Of a stretch of DNA of 64,000 nt, positions 41,707 to 52,294 are shown one piece after another. This DNA is from a virus. Under the pieces are notes generated by a model, which made no database searches, had not been told where the DNA came from, and worked only from the letters and a program-made list of their open reading frames with translations. Made by a program: the position numbers and the translations under genes. Each line of letters opens with the position of its first letter. Within the stretch, counting starts at the first letter, position 1. The stretch covers positions 1 to 64,000 of the IMG/VR virus record IMGVR_UViG_3300008261_001864; one strand, given 5' to 3'.

Positions 41707-43896
41707 CTACCAAGTGTAGATGACGACAAGACCACCGCCGCCTTTACCGCCAGCCCCCGAGGTGTACCCGTTGCGGGCCGCCCCACCGCCGCCGCCACCA
41801 CCACCGCCGAGGCCACCAATCCCACCGGCACCGCCGTTTGCCGTGTAGCGACCTGCCCCACCACCAGCGCCACCTCCCGCAGGATAGAGAGGGTTACCCG
41901 TGAAGGTTGCAGCGGTTCCGGCCGACCCGTTGGGAGAGGCTTGGGAACCGCCCGCACCACTATTACCACCGCCCATGAACGGAGCGCCTTGGCTGCCTCC
42001 CGTACCGTACCCGAGGGTTGTGGCGGCGTCGATGCTACCACCGTTCCCACCTGCACCCGCACCAGCGTTTGACAATGAGGGGACGTAGGTAAAGCCAGAA
42101 GTCACCACAGAACCAGAAACAGCGATGTTGGATGCCCCCTTGTAAAGGGCATCGCCACCGCCCACCGTCGCCGTAGGTGTGGCAGAGGCCCCGGTCCCGC
42201 CGTAAGCAATCACTCGATTGGTAAGGGTGACCCCAAACGTCACCGAAGAAGCAGCACCGTTGCTCCCAGCGGCGCTTATCGGTCCCGTAACCCCAGACCC
42301 ACCATTTCCCCCACCCGAGACAGCAACGCTGCCGGTGCTGGGGAGGTTACTAGCCAGCAGGGTGGTGTCTGTGATACCGCCCCCACTTCCTCCCCCGCCG
42401 CCGTAACGAAAAGCCGTCGAGTCACCGCATTGGCCGGAAGCCCCGCCACCCCCGCTTCCCACCGCGATGATTCGCACGAACGTCGCATTAGCAGGTTTCG
42501 CCCAAGTGTAGGTACCAGCCGTCGAGTAAGCAAACATCTGCACGGGCGTCGTCTGGGGAGACAAGTTCATCTGCACCCAATAGTTGCCGTCGTACATGAA
42601 CTCGACAATCTCACGGGTGGCTATGGTGACATTGTTGAAAGGCAACGACAACTTCGACCCGACCAGCGGCCCACCGAGAGCGGCATCCTTCTGCAAAGTG
42701 ACGGCTTCACCGATGTTCTGGAGGCGAATACAAGTGCCGACCACGACGGGGACGGTGGTGAACGCGGTAGCCTTCATCGTCGTCTTGATGGTCGGTGTCG
42801 CACCAAGCGTCATCGAGAGCAGCGGATTGACTTGAAGGAACGGTTTGGGGGAGGCGTTGGGACCGCCCGCCGTGTTCGAGATTTCGATGGGTACAGACGT
42901 GGAAGCCAGAACTTGCGTCGTCTGCGGGGGGTACACCAACAACCCGTCCAGGTTGATGTTGAACCCGTTTAGGTTCACAGGGCCAACAAGTCCCGCGCCC
43001 TCACCACCCCTGATAGTAACAGCCGTGCTAGTAGGGAAGGTGGAGAAGCTCGGCTGGATCAGTAGGTCGCCGTTATACGCTCGGCTGGTACCCTGCTGGA
43101 CCAGCCACCCGTTCGCAATCAGCGGGGAGGACTCGTCGCCAAGGTAAGTGCAAGTAACCTCCGTGGTAGTCACTTGGCCGAACAAACCGGCCGTAGGACG
43201 CAGCCACAGGAGGCCACCATCAAACGAGATAGTCACGCTAGGGGCATCCGCTTCTGCCCGAAAAACAAACGTGAATGTCGCACCCTTCTGAATGTTCACA
43301 GGAAGGATGTTGTAATCGAACGGGTGTGAACTCGAAATGTCCACCACCTGTATGGTGGCATCCACGCCGTACTCAAGGTCGAGGGTGACGATTCCGGCAG
43401 CCGTGTGATGAAAGTAGGCCACGTCACCCGCGTACCGACCCTCGCGCTCCCGCCGCTTTCGGAGGTAGGCGTCCAACAGGTAGTTCGAGTCACCCCGCTG
43501 ACCACCCGCCCATCCAGAAGCCGTAGCCTCTGAGTCGCCAAGGTCACACATCTCGGGCGTCATGCCCGCTGACGGTAAGGACAAACCGTCGGCATCAGCC
43601 ACGCCGAAGAACCTGACATCGCGGGTGGTACCTGTCTCGTCGATGCGAGTCAGTTTGACGATGTAGATGCCATCGACAAACGGCCCCTGCGCGGTCGCCA
43701 CCTGACTGTTGGAGTCAAGGATCGCTGGGGGGTTTGCCTGCGGGGAGGGCCATGACAGGAACTCCCAATAGGTGGTGACAGACGGTCCACCGAGGTCAGT
43801 CATGACCACGTTGGCGTCGGGGGCTAGTCCAAGAACGGACTTACCCGCTGCCCCGACCGTGCTGTTCTGTGAAAACTGGATGCTCGCAGAGGCCAT
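41707..43896 (-). CDS. Second tail fibre/adhesin with C-terminal glycine-rich domain
   Basis: STAGTYTWAKPANATFVRIIAVGSGGGG...GGKGGGGLVVIYTW; start moved to ATG 43896 (GGAGGGG RBS). Confidence 0.8.
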   Translation of the reverse strand: MASASIQFSQNSTVGAAGKSVLGLAPDANVVMTDLGGPSVTTYWEFLSWPSPQANPPAILDSNSQVATAQGPFVDGIYIVKLTRIDETGTTRDVRFFGVADADGLSLPSAGMTPEMCDLGDSEATASGWAGGQRGDSNYLLDAYLRKRREREGRYAGDVAYFHHTAAGIVTLDLEYGVDATIQVVDISSSHPFDYNILPVNIQKGATFTFVFRAEADAPSVTISFDGGLLWLRPTAGLFGQVTTTEVTCTYLGDESSPLIANGWLVQQGTSRAYNGDLLIQPSFSTFPTSTAVTIRGGEGAGLVGPVNLNGFNINLDGLLVYPPQTTQVLASTSVPIEISNTAGGPNASPKPFLQVNPLLSMTLGATPTIKTTMKATAFTTVPVVVGTCIRLQNIGEAVTLQKDAALGGPLVGSKLSLPFNNVTIATREIVEFMYDGNYWVQMNLSPQTTPVQMFAYSTAGTYTWAKPANATFVRIIAVGSGGGGASGQCGDSTAFRYGGGGGSGGGITDTTLLASNLPSTGSVAVSGGGNGGSGVTGPISAAGSNGAASSVTFGVTLTNRVIAYGGTGASATPTATVGGGDALYKGASNIAVSGSVVTSGFTYVPSLSNAGAGAGGNGGSIDAATTLGYGTGGSQGAPFMGGGNSGAGGSQASPNGSAGTAATFTGNPLYPAGGGAGGGAGRYTANGGAGGIGGLGGGGGGGGGAARNGYTSGAGGKGGGGLVVIYTW

Positions 43897-43931
43897 GAGC
43901 CGCCCTCCATGCAGGGGTCGGTATTGAAAGA

Positions 43932-44735
43932 CTAGAAGTGATGAATCTCTGCGGTGACGTGAGCGTTGGCCTTCGTACCAAGCCGATCCTTGTCGCGGAG
44001 GCCACCCCAATAGGAGCGGAAGTCATCGTAGTAGTAGTTGGACATCGCCCATCGCATCGCATCCCCGATCACACCGTCCGTGGGGATGATCTTGTCTTGG
44101 AAGATGTAGCGGATGCGGTACAGGGTGTGGGCAGGTCGCACGATGTCGATGATCTGCCGGATGGTCTTGTCGGCCTCGAAGGTGTTGGATGGGAACCCAC
44201 CGCCAAGCGGGATCACGACGTCCACATCGAACCCAAACTGGTCCGAGATGTCGAGGCCGCTACCCCCCTGTCGAACGATCAGGTAGTTCTCGGTCACCTT
44301 GATGGTGCCCTGCATGAACAGGCCGACCACCTCGGCCAAGGACGTAGGGATGCTGCCTTGGAAGTAGATTCGGATGAGGTTGAGCAGGACGTTGCGGAAA
44401 CCCTCGTCCGAGAACTCCAGTTCGGGCAGACGCCCGTTCAAGAACACGAAGTACCCGACGGTGGTGTAGAGGAACTCGCTTCGTGTGGTGTCAAAGGCGA
44501 AGTCGCTGGAGATGTCCTCCAGAGCCAGTTCCATCCTCGCCAACTCGACCGCAACAGCCTTGAGTTCGACCGTGTAGTTGGGTCCCTCGACGGTTGAGGT
44601 GTAGTTCGAGGGCAGCAGGGCCAACAACTGGCTAAAGATGCCCTGCGCCCGGCGCACCAAACGTAGGTTGTACTCCTGACCTGTCTGCGAGACGGTCAGG
44701 TTTTTTCGCCAGCTTTCGCTTACAAAACGAGGCAT
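43932..44735 (-). CDS. Baseplate wedge protein (P2 gpI/Mu gp48-like)
   Basis: LLALLPSNY, SDE.FR..L......QGS, DIVRPAHTLY; directly downstream of baseplate J. Confidence 0.72.
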   Translation of the reverse strand: MPRFVSESWRKNLTVSQTGQEYNLRLVRRAQGIFSQLLALLPSNYTSTVEGPNYTVELKAVAVELARMELALEDISSDFAFDTTRSEFLYTTVGYFVFLNGRLPELEFSDEGFRNVLLNLIRIYFQGSIPTSLAEVVGLFMQGTIKVTENYLIVRQGGSGLDISDQFGFDVDVVIPLGGGFPSNTFEADKTIRQIIDIVRPAHTLYRIRYIFQDKIIPTDGVIGDAMRWAMSNYYYDDFRSYWGGLRDKDRLGTKANAHVTAEIHHF

Positions 44736-44738
44736 TGG

Positions 44739-47700
44739 CTATCCCGCCCGATAGGTGACGGTGAAGTTGCCGAGATCGAGGTACTCGACCTCGGACCCGT
44801 AAACGTCGTGCGGCCCCTTGTCGCCTCGCACACGGTAGGAAACGCTGTAGGAGTGGTTGGCCGGAACATCGGGCACCACACCGGCCCCCGAGATCGACAC
44901 CAAGACCTTGTTGGCGACCGTCGCCGCTGTCGTGACGTCGGTGAAGCCAGGCAGCACCGCGCCAGAGTTTCCAATGATGTAGGCTTGGTTCGGCTGACTC
45001 CCCACCAAGAGCAGGTTGTCCACCAGCGTGAGAGCGATGTCGTCTTGAAAGACCCCTCGGTGTTCCGTCGCTAGACCACCCCCATCCGTCGTGGGGTAGT
45101 TGAGGGCGTCGTTCAACAGATAGACCCGCTGACCACCGGCATCGAGGCCCGCTATGTAGGTGCTGCTCGACAACACCTGCTCGCGGAGGATGAGAGCGCC
45201 GTCCGCATACGCCATACGGGCCAGAGGTACCACCTCGTAGTCAACGCCGCTTGTCCCGTCGATGGCCTTGATGACGTCCGACTGAGCGACACCCTGCCCG
45301 ATCACACGGCTGTTGAGTTCCACGCTCAGGTTGGCACGAACCAAGGGGTCCACCTTGTCCTTGGCGGCACCCGACTTCAACTGAACAGTTGTCTCGATTT
45401 CTACCGAGTTGACGATGGCCTGCTTGGCAAGGACGTCGGCCGTCGCATGACGGCGGTTGTTCAACACCGTCTGGAACTGCTGGAGCAGGTCATTCACCAC
45501 ATAGGTGACGGTGAAGTTCTCGTCCTTGGTGTAGTCCACGACGACAGGCTGGCCCGTCAGGATGGTGGAGGCCGAGGTACGGACAATGTTGATGGGAGTA
45601 CGGTCGGTCCCGCCCACGATCTCGAAGTCCACCCCCACCGTGTACTCGATGGAGCGATCCGAGTTGAACACGCGGACTGTGTTGGTGTTGATGCCGATGC
45701 TATCCAGAGGCTCCTGCACGAACCCGATGAGGACGTGCGCCTCGTCGTTCACGAGAATCTGAGAGCCTGCGGGCTTACCGTTCGCTTGAACGACCGAGAG
45801 GTAGTCCTTGGCCGCCGTACTCTCGCCTTGCAGGAGGGGGTCCTCCAGCCGGTACAGGTTGAAGTTGACGGACGCATCTAGGGCACCCGAGGACTCACCG
45901 ACCACCGATGTCACTCGACGGACGGGCTGTAGGCTGGGAATGAACTGGTTTTCCGAACGGAACCGATAATCCGCGTACACCACGTCATCGAGCGTCGTGA
46001 CGGGCTGCGCGATGGAGGTGTTGAGCCGGAAGGTCTGGAAGTCGATGACCTGCACACCCGAGAGGTCATAGTCGGCACCAAGGGTGGCGTTCCGCACCCC
46101 GTATCCTTGGGTGGGGTCATTGAGCATCTCGATGATGGGCGTCGTGGCCGTCACACGAGAGTCCAGAACTCGGAACGTCAGGGTTGTCAGGTCCACGAGG
46201 CTGCATTGGATGTTCTGGGCGAGGTTGAACGAGAACGAGAACTTCTCCGTGACCTGCCGCTCTCGGAGGCCCTGGACCCAGACATCGACCTTGCCGCCGA
46301 TGTGCTTCTTGCGAACTTCGTCCCAATCCCGCATCATCAGGCGGTCGCCCGACTTCACAACCTTTGACTTGATGATGCCGACCTGCTCGGCCGCCGTCTG
46401 GTAGTAGCCGTTTTCCGTGCCCGTATCGACGGAGACAAACGCCAACATACAGCGGGTGGCAAGGTCATAGTTCGATTCAACGTCGGTCCCGCCCACCAGT
46501 GACTCGACGTTCGTGACGGATAGTCCCGAGACGCCGCTGTTGCCAGTGATGGAGCCAGGCGGCACGTTCCCATCGGCTCCGGGGTTGAGGGCGGCGACGT
46601 CCGCAACCACCTCGTACCGCTTGGTTGTGTAGTTGTAGAAGGCTTCCGCGTTTGCAGCGGGTAGGATGTAGGAGCCGCCCACGCGGAACGAGGTGGCTAC
46701 CCCGGCAGCTTTCAACTCGACGCCCGCTGGGATGATGATGTCGATGGAGGGTTTAGAGGTGGTGTAGAACACCACCTGCCCCACCGCAGACCGACCGCCC
46801 AGACGTGCCTTGTTGACGTTCCGCGCCAGCTTGTCGAACTGGAGGTCGATCAGGTTTTGAACCGCCCTGTCCGAAGTGTACCCAAGTGCCGATCTCAGGG
46901 CGTACTTGTAGGGGCTGGTCAACACCGCGTCACTTGTCTCGCCCCCCAGCGCGTTGTCCATCTGCATGAGGGTCAAGAAACTCTGGCTGCGGTGAACGAA
47001 GTCCATCAGAAACCAGAGACGCTCGGCCTCCGAGGCGAACGGGTCAATGCTGACATCGCGGGTGGTCGAGCCAGGGATGAGGCTGATCTCGTTGTTGACC
47101 CTCCCAACGTAGTTGATGTAGTCGGTGACGATGGCCGTCTGGGTTCGGTTGGGTAGGTCGATGACGCCCGTATCAACCAGCAGGGGAGCGCCCAGCACCT
47201 CTTGGGAAAAGGGCGACTCGAACTCCGTGTTGGTGGACTTGTCGAAGTAGACGGTGGTGACGACGTAGTAGAGGGGGTCTGTGTCGGGCACGCCGTTCCA
47301 CTGGTCGGCGTTGATGATCCCTAGACCGCCGCCCCGATAGTGCGTGAACTTCGTATAGGTGACGAGGTTGTACGCCTCGACGGTGCCCTTGAAGCGGACG
47401 TCGGCATAGCTGCGGGACAGGTCGATGGTCTGATTGAGCGGAACCGCAAGTTCGTTCCCAAACTCATCCATTTCCGTGAGCCGGATGTTCAGCAGATAAT
47501 GATTGCTGTCGGACCACGACGTTGCGACGGGAAAGGTATCGGTAACGAAGTCCTCATAGACGTCTCCCGTCATGGGGAGTGGGGCTTCATTGACCTTGTA
47601 GTACCCCGTCTTGCCAGCGGGGGTCTTGGACGCATAGACGTTGTAGCCGATAAACACCTTCTGGTAGAGAATCTCGATCCCTCGGGACACCAGCAGATCG

Positions 47701-48095
47701 ACCCCGCCTCGACGCCGTGCGACCTTCAATCCTGTGGGGATCGTCGTGGCAGCGTTGAAGGCGTCCGAGGTATCTACCTGGGTGATGGTCGCCGTCGAGG
47801 TTCCCGACACCCCGCCGATGATGTCGATGGCCCGAAAGGCTACCGTGTTGATGCCTGGGCTAAGGATAAACCCCGAGGAGTACGCGGCAGGGTTGGGGAA
47901 CGAGAAGGTGTTGAGTTCGATCTTGAGCAGGTTGGGGTCGGTTACGAACGCCCCACCGTTCACCGACACCTGTAGGGCGACGGTATCCGTCGTGACGGTA
48001 CCCCTGATGACAACGGCCTCTTGGTTGGTGGTGAAGTTGAGGGCCGTCGTGTAGCCGGAACCGTCTCGTGCTTCTAGCTGGGGCGCGGTAGCCAT
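44739..48095 (-). CDS. Baseplate J-like (T4 gp6-like) protein, extended
   Basis: PGSTTRD, FDKLARN....R, AVGQVVF, IPAG, GADGNVPPGSIT, VTN.....GGTDVESN.DL..R, GKVDVWV. Confidence 0.9.
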   Translation of the reverse strand: MATAPQLEARDGSGYTTALNFTTNQEAVVIRGTVTTDTVALQVSVNGGAFVTDPNLLKIELNTFSFPNPAAYSSGFILSPGINTVAFRAIDIIGGVSGTSTATITQVDTSDAFNAATTIPTGLKVARRRGGVDLLVSRGIEILYQKVFIGYNVYASKTPAGKTGYYKVNEAPLPMTGDVYEDFVTDTFPVATSWSDSNHYLLNIRLTEMDEFGNELAVPLNQTIDLSRSYADVRFKGTVEAYNLVTYTKFTHYRGGGLGIINADQWNGVPDTDPLYYVVTTVYFDKSTNTEFESPFSQEVLGAPLLVDTGVIDLPNRTQTAIVTDYINYVGRVNNEISLIPGSTTRDVSIDPFASEAERLWFLMDFVHRSQSFLTLMQMDNALGGETSDAVLTSPYKYALRSALGYTSDRAVQNLIDLQFDKLARNVNKARLGGRSAVGQVVFYTTSKPSIDIIIPAGVELKAAGVATSFRVGGSYILPAANAEAFYNYTTKRYEVVADVAALNPGADGNVPPGSITGNSGVSGLSVTNVESLVGGTDVESNYDLATRCMLAFVSVDTGTENGYYQTAAEQVGIIKSKVVKSGDRLMMRDWDEVRKKHIGGKVDVWVQGLRERQVTEKFSFSFNLAQNIQCSLVDLTTLTFRVLDSRVTATTPIIEMLNDPTQGYGVRNATLGADYDLSGVQVIDFQTFRLNTSIAQPVTTLDDVVYADYRFRSENQFIPSLQPVRRVTSVVGESSGALDASVNFNLYRLEDPLLQGESTAAKDYLSVVQANGKPAGSQILVNDEAHVLIGFVQEPLDSIGINTNTVRVFNSDRSIEYTVGVDFEIVGGTDRTPINIVRTSASTILTGQPVVVDYTKDENFTVTYVVNDLLQQFQTVLNNRRHATADVLAKQAIVNSVEIETTVQLKSGAAKDKVDPLVRANLSVELNSRVIGQGVAQSDVIKAIDGTSGVDYEVVPLARMAYADGALILREQVLSSSTYIAGLDAGGQRVYLLNDALNYPTTDGGGLATEHRGVFQDDIALTLVDNLLLVGSQPNQAYIIGNSGAVLPGFTDVTTAATVANKVLVSISGAGVVPDVPANHSYSVSYRVRGDKGPHDVYGSEVEYLDLGNFTVTYRAG

Positions 48096-48098
48096 CGT

Positions 48099-49238
48099 TT
48101 ATCCTGTGAGGACGTAGTTCCGAAGGGACTGTCGGAGTATCCCCTGCTGTTGTGTGGAGCCAAGTAAATCCTGCGGCTCTGGGATGCGGATGCCTCGGTC
48201 GATCACGATGTTCCTGCCCGAACGGTTCTGTACGGTGATGTTTACGAAAAAAACCGTAGGGTCGGTGTTGCTCTGGGAGACGTCCACCCCAAGGAGGCGA
48301 TACGGGTACTCCTCGTCGGAGACTTCCTGCCCCACCGCTACCTCCTGCTGGCGCTTGATGGACTGCCAACGTCCAAACGCTCGGTAGATGTCGGAGACGA
48401 TGAGGTTCTGGATGATGCCGCTGGCACCGATCTTCTGACCGATCTGGTCGATGAGTCTTGTACCGTACCAGGTGTGGAAGGGGTTGGACCCTTCCTCAGT
48501 GTAGATGAGTTTCAAACACTCTTGGATGAGGAGGGCTTCATCCCTCACCTCCACGGTCCCGCCCGTCCGTGTGTACCGCCAATCGTTCTCCACCCCCGTC
48601 CCCGCACATCGGCGGCATTGTTGCTGGAAGGTTGTGTAGGACAGTTGGAAGAAGTCTTTGCCCCCTCGAAGGGGGCGATCAAAGATGATGAAGCGATAGG
48701 GCAGCCCTTCAACGGTGCTTTCGTCGTTCACCAAGGCCCACGGCGGCAGCAGGTCCTTGCCCCTGTAGTCCACGTTGGCGGCGATCCCAAGGGTGGCAGC
48801 GACCGTGCTGGTGGTAGGCACGAACAGGCTGGCCGATGCCCCCTTGTGGATGCTCTCGCAAGAGAGCCGCCCATTCATGTTCGAGAACATGGCTCCGATA
48901 CGGGCCTCGTTCAAGATGCGAACGAGGTTGTCCGTGGTCATGCTGGAGTTGGCTGGAAGGGTAACCTCTCGAAGGGCCGTCTGGTTGAGCCGCACCCTAA
49001 ACAGGTCATTGACCCCCGTTTGGATGCGGAAGGGACCAGCACGAGTTCCCGTCATGGTGGGTGGGGTCTGCACGCCCGTTGAGGGCACCTCGATCTCACC
49101 GTTCAACACCACTTTGACTTGATTGCCCGCAGCGATGCTGGCGGCTGGCGCGAGGGTCTGGTAATCGTCCGAGAGGTAAATGGCCTCGTTGACGATCCCA
49201 TGCTGGCAAACCTGGTCGATCTGGCGGTCATAACTCAT
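48099..49238 (-). CDS. Baseplate wedge protein with C-terminal gp25/gpW-like domain
   Basis: LIQECLKLIYTEEGSNPFHTWYGTRLIDQIG; CRRCAGTG Zn-knuckle. Confidence 0.75.
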   Translation of the reverse strand: MSYDRQIDQVCQHGIVNEAIYLSDDYQTLAPAASIAAGNQVKVVLNGEIEVPSTGVQTPPTMTGTRAGPFRIQTGVNDLFRVRLNQTALREVTLPANSSMTTDNLVRILNEARIGAMFSNMNGRLSCESIHKGASASLFVPTTSTVAATLGIAANVDYRGKDLLPPWALVNDESTVEGLPYRFIIFDRPLRGGKDFFQLSYTTFQQQCRRCAGTGVENDWRYTRTGGTVEVRDEALLIQECLKLIYTEEGSNPFHTWYGTRLIDQIGQKIGASGIIQNLIVSDIYRAFGRWQSIKRQQEVAVGQEVSDEEYPYRLLGVDVSQSNTDPTVFFVNITVQNRSGRNIVIDRGIRIPEPQDLLGSTQQQGILRQSLRNYVLTG

Positions 49239-50002
49239 GCCAACCCTTCCTCGTCGCCTGTCACACCGGCAGGGATGAATCCACCGTCGTCGCGGCCCGC
49301 CACACCCGGCTCGACCTGCGGGAGCGTCGTGCCCCTCTTGGAATACGGTAGGAAAGGAGCATAAACGGACTTACCGTGGGGGTCCCTGCCCTTGTCGTCG
49401 TAGATGGCAAGGTAGTTGTCGTTGGTCAGCAACTCGCTTATCTTGGTGGCAACCCACTCAAGTGACCCTTCGGTGTCGGCTGGCTGCTGGATGGACGCCA
49501 GCAACTCCAGTTCGGCGTCCAGTTGGTCCACATAGTCGATGACCCGTCGAATCTTCCGCTCCAGATACTCCCGCCGATAGTGAAGGGCTGGGTGCATCCA
49601 CTCACGGGCCGTTCGGATGTACTCCGCAGAGGCGCTGTCTCGCAGACCCTTGCCGCCCACCACCTCCCCGTTCGACATATACTGAGCGGGCGAGGTGTCG
49701 GTACCAGCCACCAAAAAGACGGACTGCGCCCGTGTCCGCACCTGTAGGTCGAACTTGACGTCGCCCCCCAGAGCCTCGTAGGCCGCCACCAGACCCCCGA
49801 TGTACGTCGAGGTCGAACTAGAGGCCGAGTAAGCGGTAGGGACCCCGCCCCCGTCGTAAGTGAAGGTGAGGGACCCTGCCCGCAGCTTCTCGTAGTTGAG
49901 GTGTGCGACTCGACCCGAGATGTCGGCAAACTGCGATCTGGCGAACGTCATGAAGCGGTCGAACTGGCTCTTGTTGAACGTGCCGAGAAAGTCAAAAGCC
50001 AT
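49235..50002 (-). CDS. Hypothetical protein in the baseplate block
   Basis: 255 aa with a coiled-coil segment; coupled to neighbours. Confidence 0.7.
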   Translation of the reverse strand: MAFDFLGTFNKSQFDRFMTFARSQFADISGRVAHLNYEKLRAGSLTFTYDGGGVPTAYSASSSTSTYIGGLVAAYEALGGDVKFDLQVRTRAQSVFLVAGTDTSPAQYMSNGEVVGGKGLRDSASAEYIRTAREWMHPALHYRREYLERKIRRVIDYVDQLDAELELLASIQQPADTEGSLEWVATKISELLTNDNYLAIYDDKGRDPHGKSVYAPFLPYSKRGTTLPQVEPGVAGRDDGGFIPAGVTGDEEGLA

Positions 50003-50011
50003 CGCAGCCTC

Positions 50012-52291
50012 CTAGCCACCAAAGATCATCTTGAAAGCCGTCGCAAAGCCCGCAACGTCGGGTGCCGCATAGGCAAAGCAGGCACCACACGTCATCCCGT
50101 CGGCCGCGTTGCTCTTGGGCTTCTGTCCCTGCGCGTTGTCAACCGCGCTGTACCACTCGTCCACACCACCTGTGATGTTGGCCGCCGCCAACAGGTAGAA
50201 TCCGAACGAGAGGGACTCGATCCAATCTATGATCTCAATGATGAACTGTATCCATTTCTCAAGAACGTCGATCTTTGCGTTCACCGTGTCGATGAAGTCC
50301 TTGACGTCTTGAATGATGCCTTTGTAGGCGTCCACCAACGCCTGAGCCTTGTCGGCCAAGTCATAGAGCATCTTGGAGGACCACGGGATCATGTCGTCCA
50401 AGATGGAGATACGCTGCCAATCTGGGGGCACCCCTTGGTAGGATAGACCCCGAACGAAGTTCACAGCGGCGAGGACGTTCTTGCGAACGTTCTTGTCGTC
50501 ATACGCCCACGCAAACGTGACCGCATCATCCCGCTTGGCCGTGGCATTGAAGCCCGTGCCATCGACCTCGGCGCGGGTAAGCCTTTGCACAAGGGCCAGC
50601 GGCGTCGAGAACGACGCCAGATTGTTGGGGGATGTCCTCAACTCAGCCTGTGCGGGGGGACCGAACGGCAAAGGACCCGTCATGAGTTGCTTGAAACTCT
50701 CTGCGAACCCACCACCACCGCCTTCGAGCGCCGCATAGGTGTAGCGGTTCATGAGCCGAGCGGCCTTCACCCGATAGTTGGTGGAGGTCCACGGGGCCAT
50801 CATGCCCTGCACGCTTATGGCCGCAGGGTTGATGTTCTTGTCGGGCACGGGCGGGTAGCTTTTGAGGTTGTATGCCTGACCACCGAACTGCGACATCGTG
50901 CCCTTGCCGATGTCGGAAACCTGGTAGCCCGGCAGGGGGTCGCCCTTGTCGTCGAACGCCGGATCGTACAGGATGTTCCCTTGATCGTCGGTGGCGACCA
51001 CACCGCCAACCTTCTTCGGCTTGAGTTCAAGGTCGAGGTGGAACCCAAGCGAGAAGGCCGCCAAAAACAGCGACCGAAACGCCTCCATGACGTCAAACTC
51101 GGTTGGGAGGGTGGGGTAGATGGCCTGCTGGATGGGGGTCGGCAACCCCATCACGAGATTGGTGCCCGCGTACTTGTAGTTGTAAATCCCCGTCGCGGGG
51201 TTCCTTTCCACGGTCCCAGCCTTGAGCGTCCCCCAAGACTCGGAGTCTTTGCGGTCAATACCAAGTTCCCCACTGAAAGCCCGCACCCGATACCAATATG
51301 TCTTGTCTCGTTCTATGCCGTTGTCGGTGAACCGCCACTTCCCCAGCACGTCGAAAAACTTGACCCAAAACCCCGACGTATCCCTCGTCATCACGAAAGC
51401 GTCCTTGAAGAGGACGACGGGCTGCCCGTACTCGTCGAGAACTGGTGTCTTGGTCTTTATGGGCTGCTGGGTCCGAGGGTCACGCAGCCCTGTGTCCAGC
51501 ATGGTGTAAACGATACCAGGCTTATCAAACGTGTCGATCAGGTCCTCGCTAGGGTACTCATCTGTCGATTCGATAAGCCAAGCGGGAGGGGTGAGAAAGG
51601 CTCCTCCCGTCTCAGCCATCAACCCCTCAAGAGCGTTATCGGCAGTCGGCACGGTTTGTCCGAGCGCCCACTCCAACGCAAAGGCTGGTTTCTCGATCTT
51701 GTTAGGGTCCTTAAAGAGTTCAGCCAGCCCGTCCACAATGTCGCCGTTGCGGTTGGATTGGCGCACCTTGAAGTTCACGGGAGCGGGGTAGGGAGGGATG
51801 ACCTGACCCTCGTTACCCTTGAACAACTTTTGGAGTACCGTCCACCCCTTCTGGATGCCAGGCCAACCGTTGGAGTCCACGACGACGAGGACGAACCCGC
51901 TGTTCGTCAAACCCGCCTGCGGCTTGGGTCGGTTGATGTCCTTGGCGTCCTGTAGCGAACCCTTCCACCGCTGGAGGAAGCCGGGCCAACCTCCACGCAG
52001 CCTCTTTAGCTGGGGATCGTTAGTGAAGTCGGGCAGCAGCAGCCACATATAGATGCCCGTCTGCCGCAGCGACTCCAAGATGGAGTTGATGGCTGCGACG
52101 AGGGCATCCACGAGGACTTTGATGGGGTTGCCGAGGTCCACCAAAAACGTCTTGATGGTGTTCAAGACGGCCTTGACGATCTCAAGGTAGTTCCCCAAGG
52201 TTTCGGCCACAGAGCGGGTCTGCTCCAGCAGGTCCTTGCCGGGGATGTAGTTCTCAACCGAGAAACTGAGCCAAGGGGTGGCGGCGGTCAT
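50012..52291 (-). CDS. Hypothetical virion protein with amphipathic helical termini
   Basis: 759 aa; N- and C-terminal helical regions flank an FN3-like YWYRVRAF segment. Confidence 0.7.
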   Translation of the reverse strand: MTAATPWLSFSVENYIPGKDLLEQTRSVAETLGNYLEIVKAVLNTIKTFLVDLGNPIKVLVDALVAAINSILESLRQTGIYMWLLLPDFTNDPQLKRLRGGWPGFLQRWKGSLQDAKDINRPKPQAGLTNSGFVLVVVDSNGWPGIQKGWTVLQKLFKGNEGQVIPPYPAPVNFKVRQSNRNGDIVDGLAELFKDPNKIEKPAFALEWALGQTVPTADNALEGLMAETGGAFLTPPAWLIESTDEYPSEDLIDTFDKPGIVYTMLDTGLRDPRTQQPIKTKTPVLDEYGQPVVLFKDAFVMTRDTSGFWVKFFDVLGKWRFTDNGIERDKTYWYRVRAFSGELGIDRKDSESWGTLKAGTVERNPATGIYNYKYAGTNLVMGLPTPIQQAIYPTLPTEFDVMEAFRSLFLAAFSLGFHLDLELKPKKVGGVVATDDQGNILYDPAFDDKGDPLPGYQVSDIGKGTMSQFGGQAYNLKSYPPVPDKNINPAAISVQGMMAPWTSTNYRVKAARLMNRYTYAALEGGGGGFAESFKQLMTGPLPFGPPAQAELRTSPNNLASFSTPLALVQRLTRAEVDGTGFNATAKRDDAVTFAWAYDDKNVRKNVLAAVNFVRGLSYQGVPPDWQRISILDDMIPWSSKMLYDLADKAQALVDAYKGIIQDVKDFIDTVNAKIDVLEKWIQFIIEIIDWIESLSFGFYLLAAANITGGVDEWYSAVDNAQGQKPKSNAADGMTCGACFAYAAPDVAGFATAFKMIFGG

Positions 52292-52294
52292 CGA

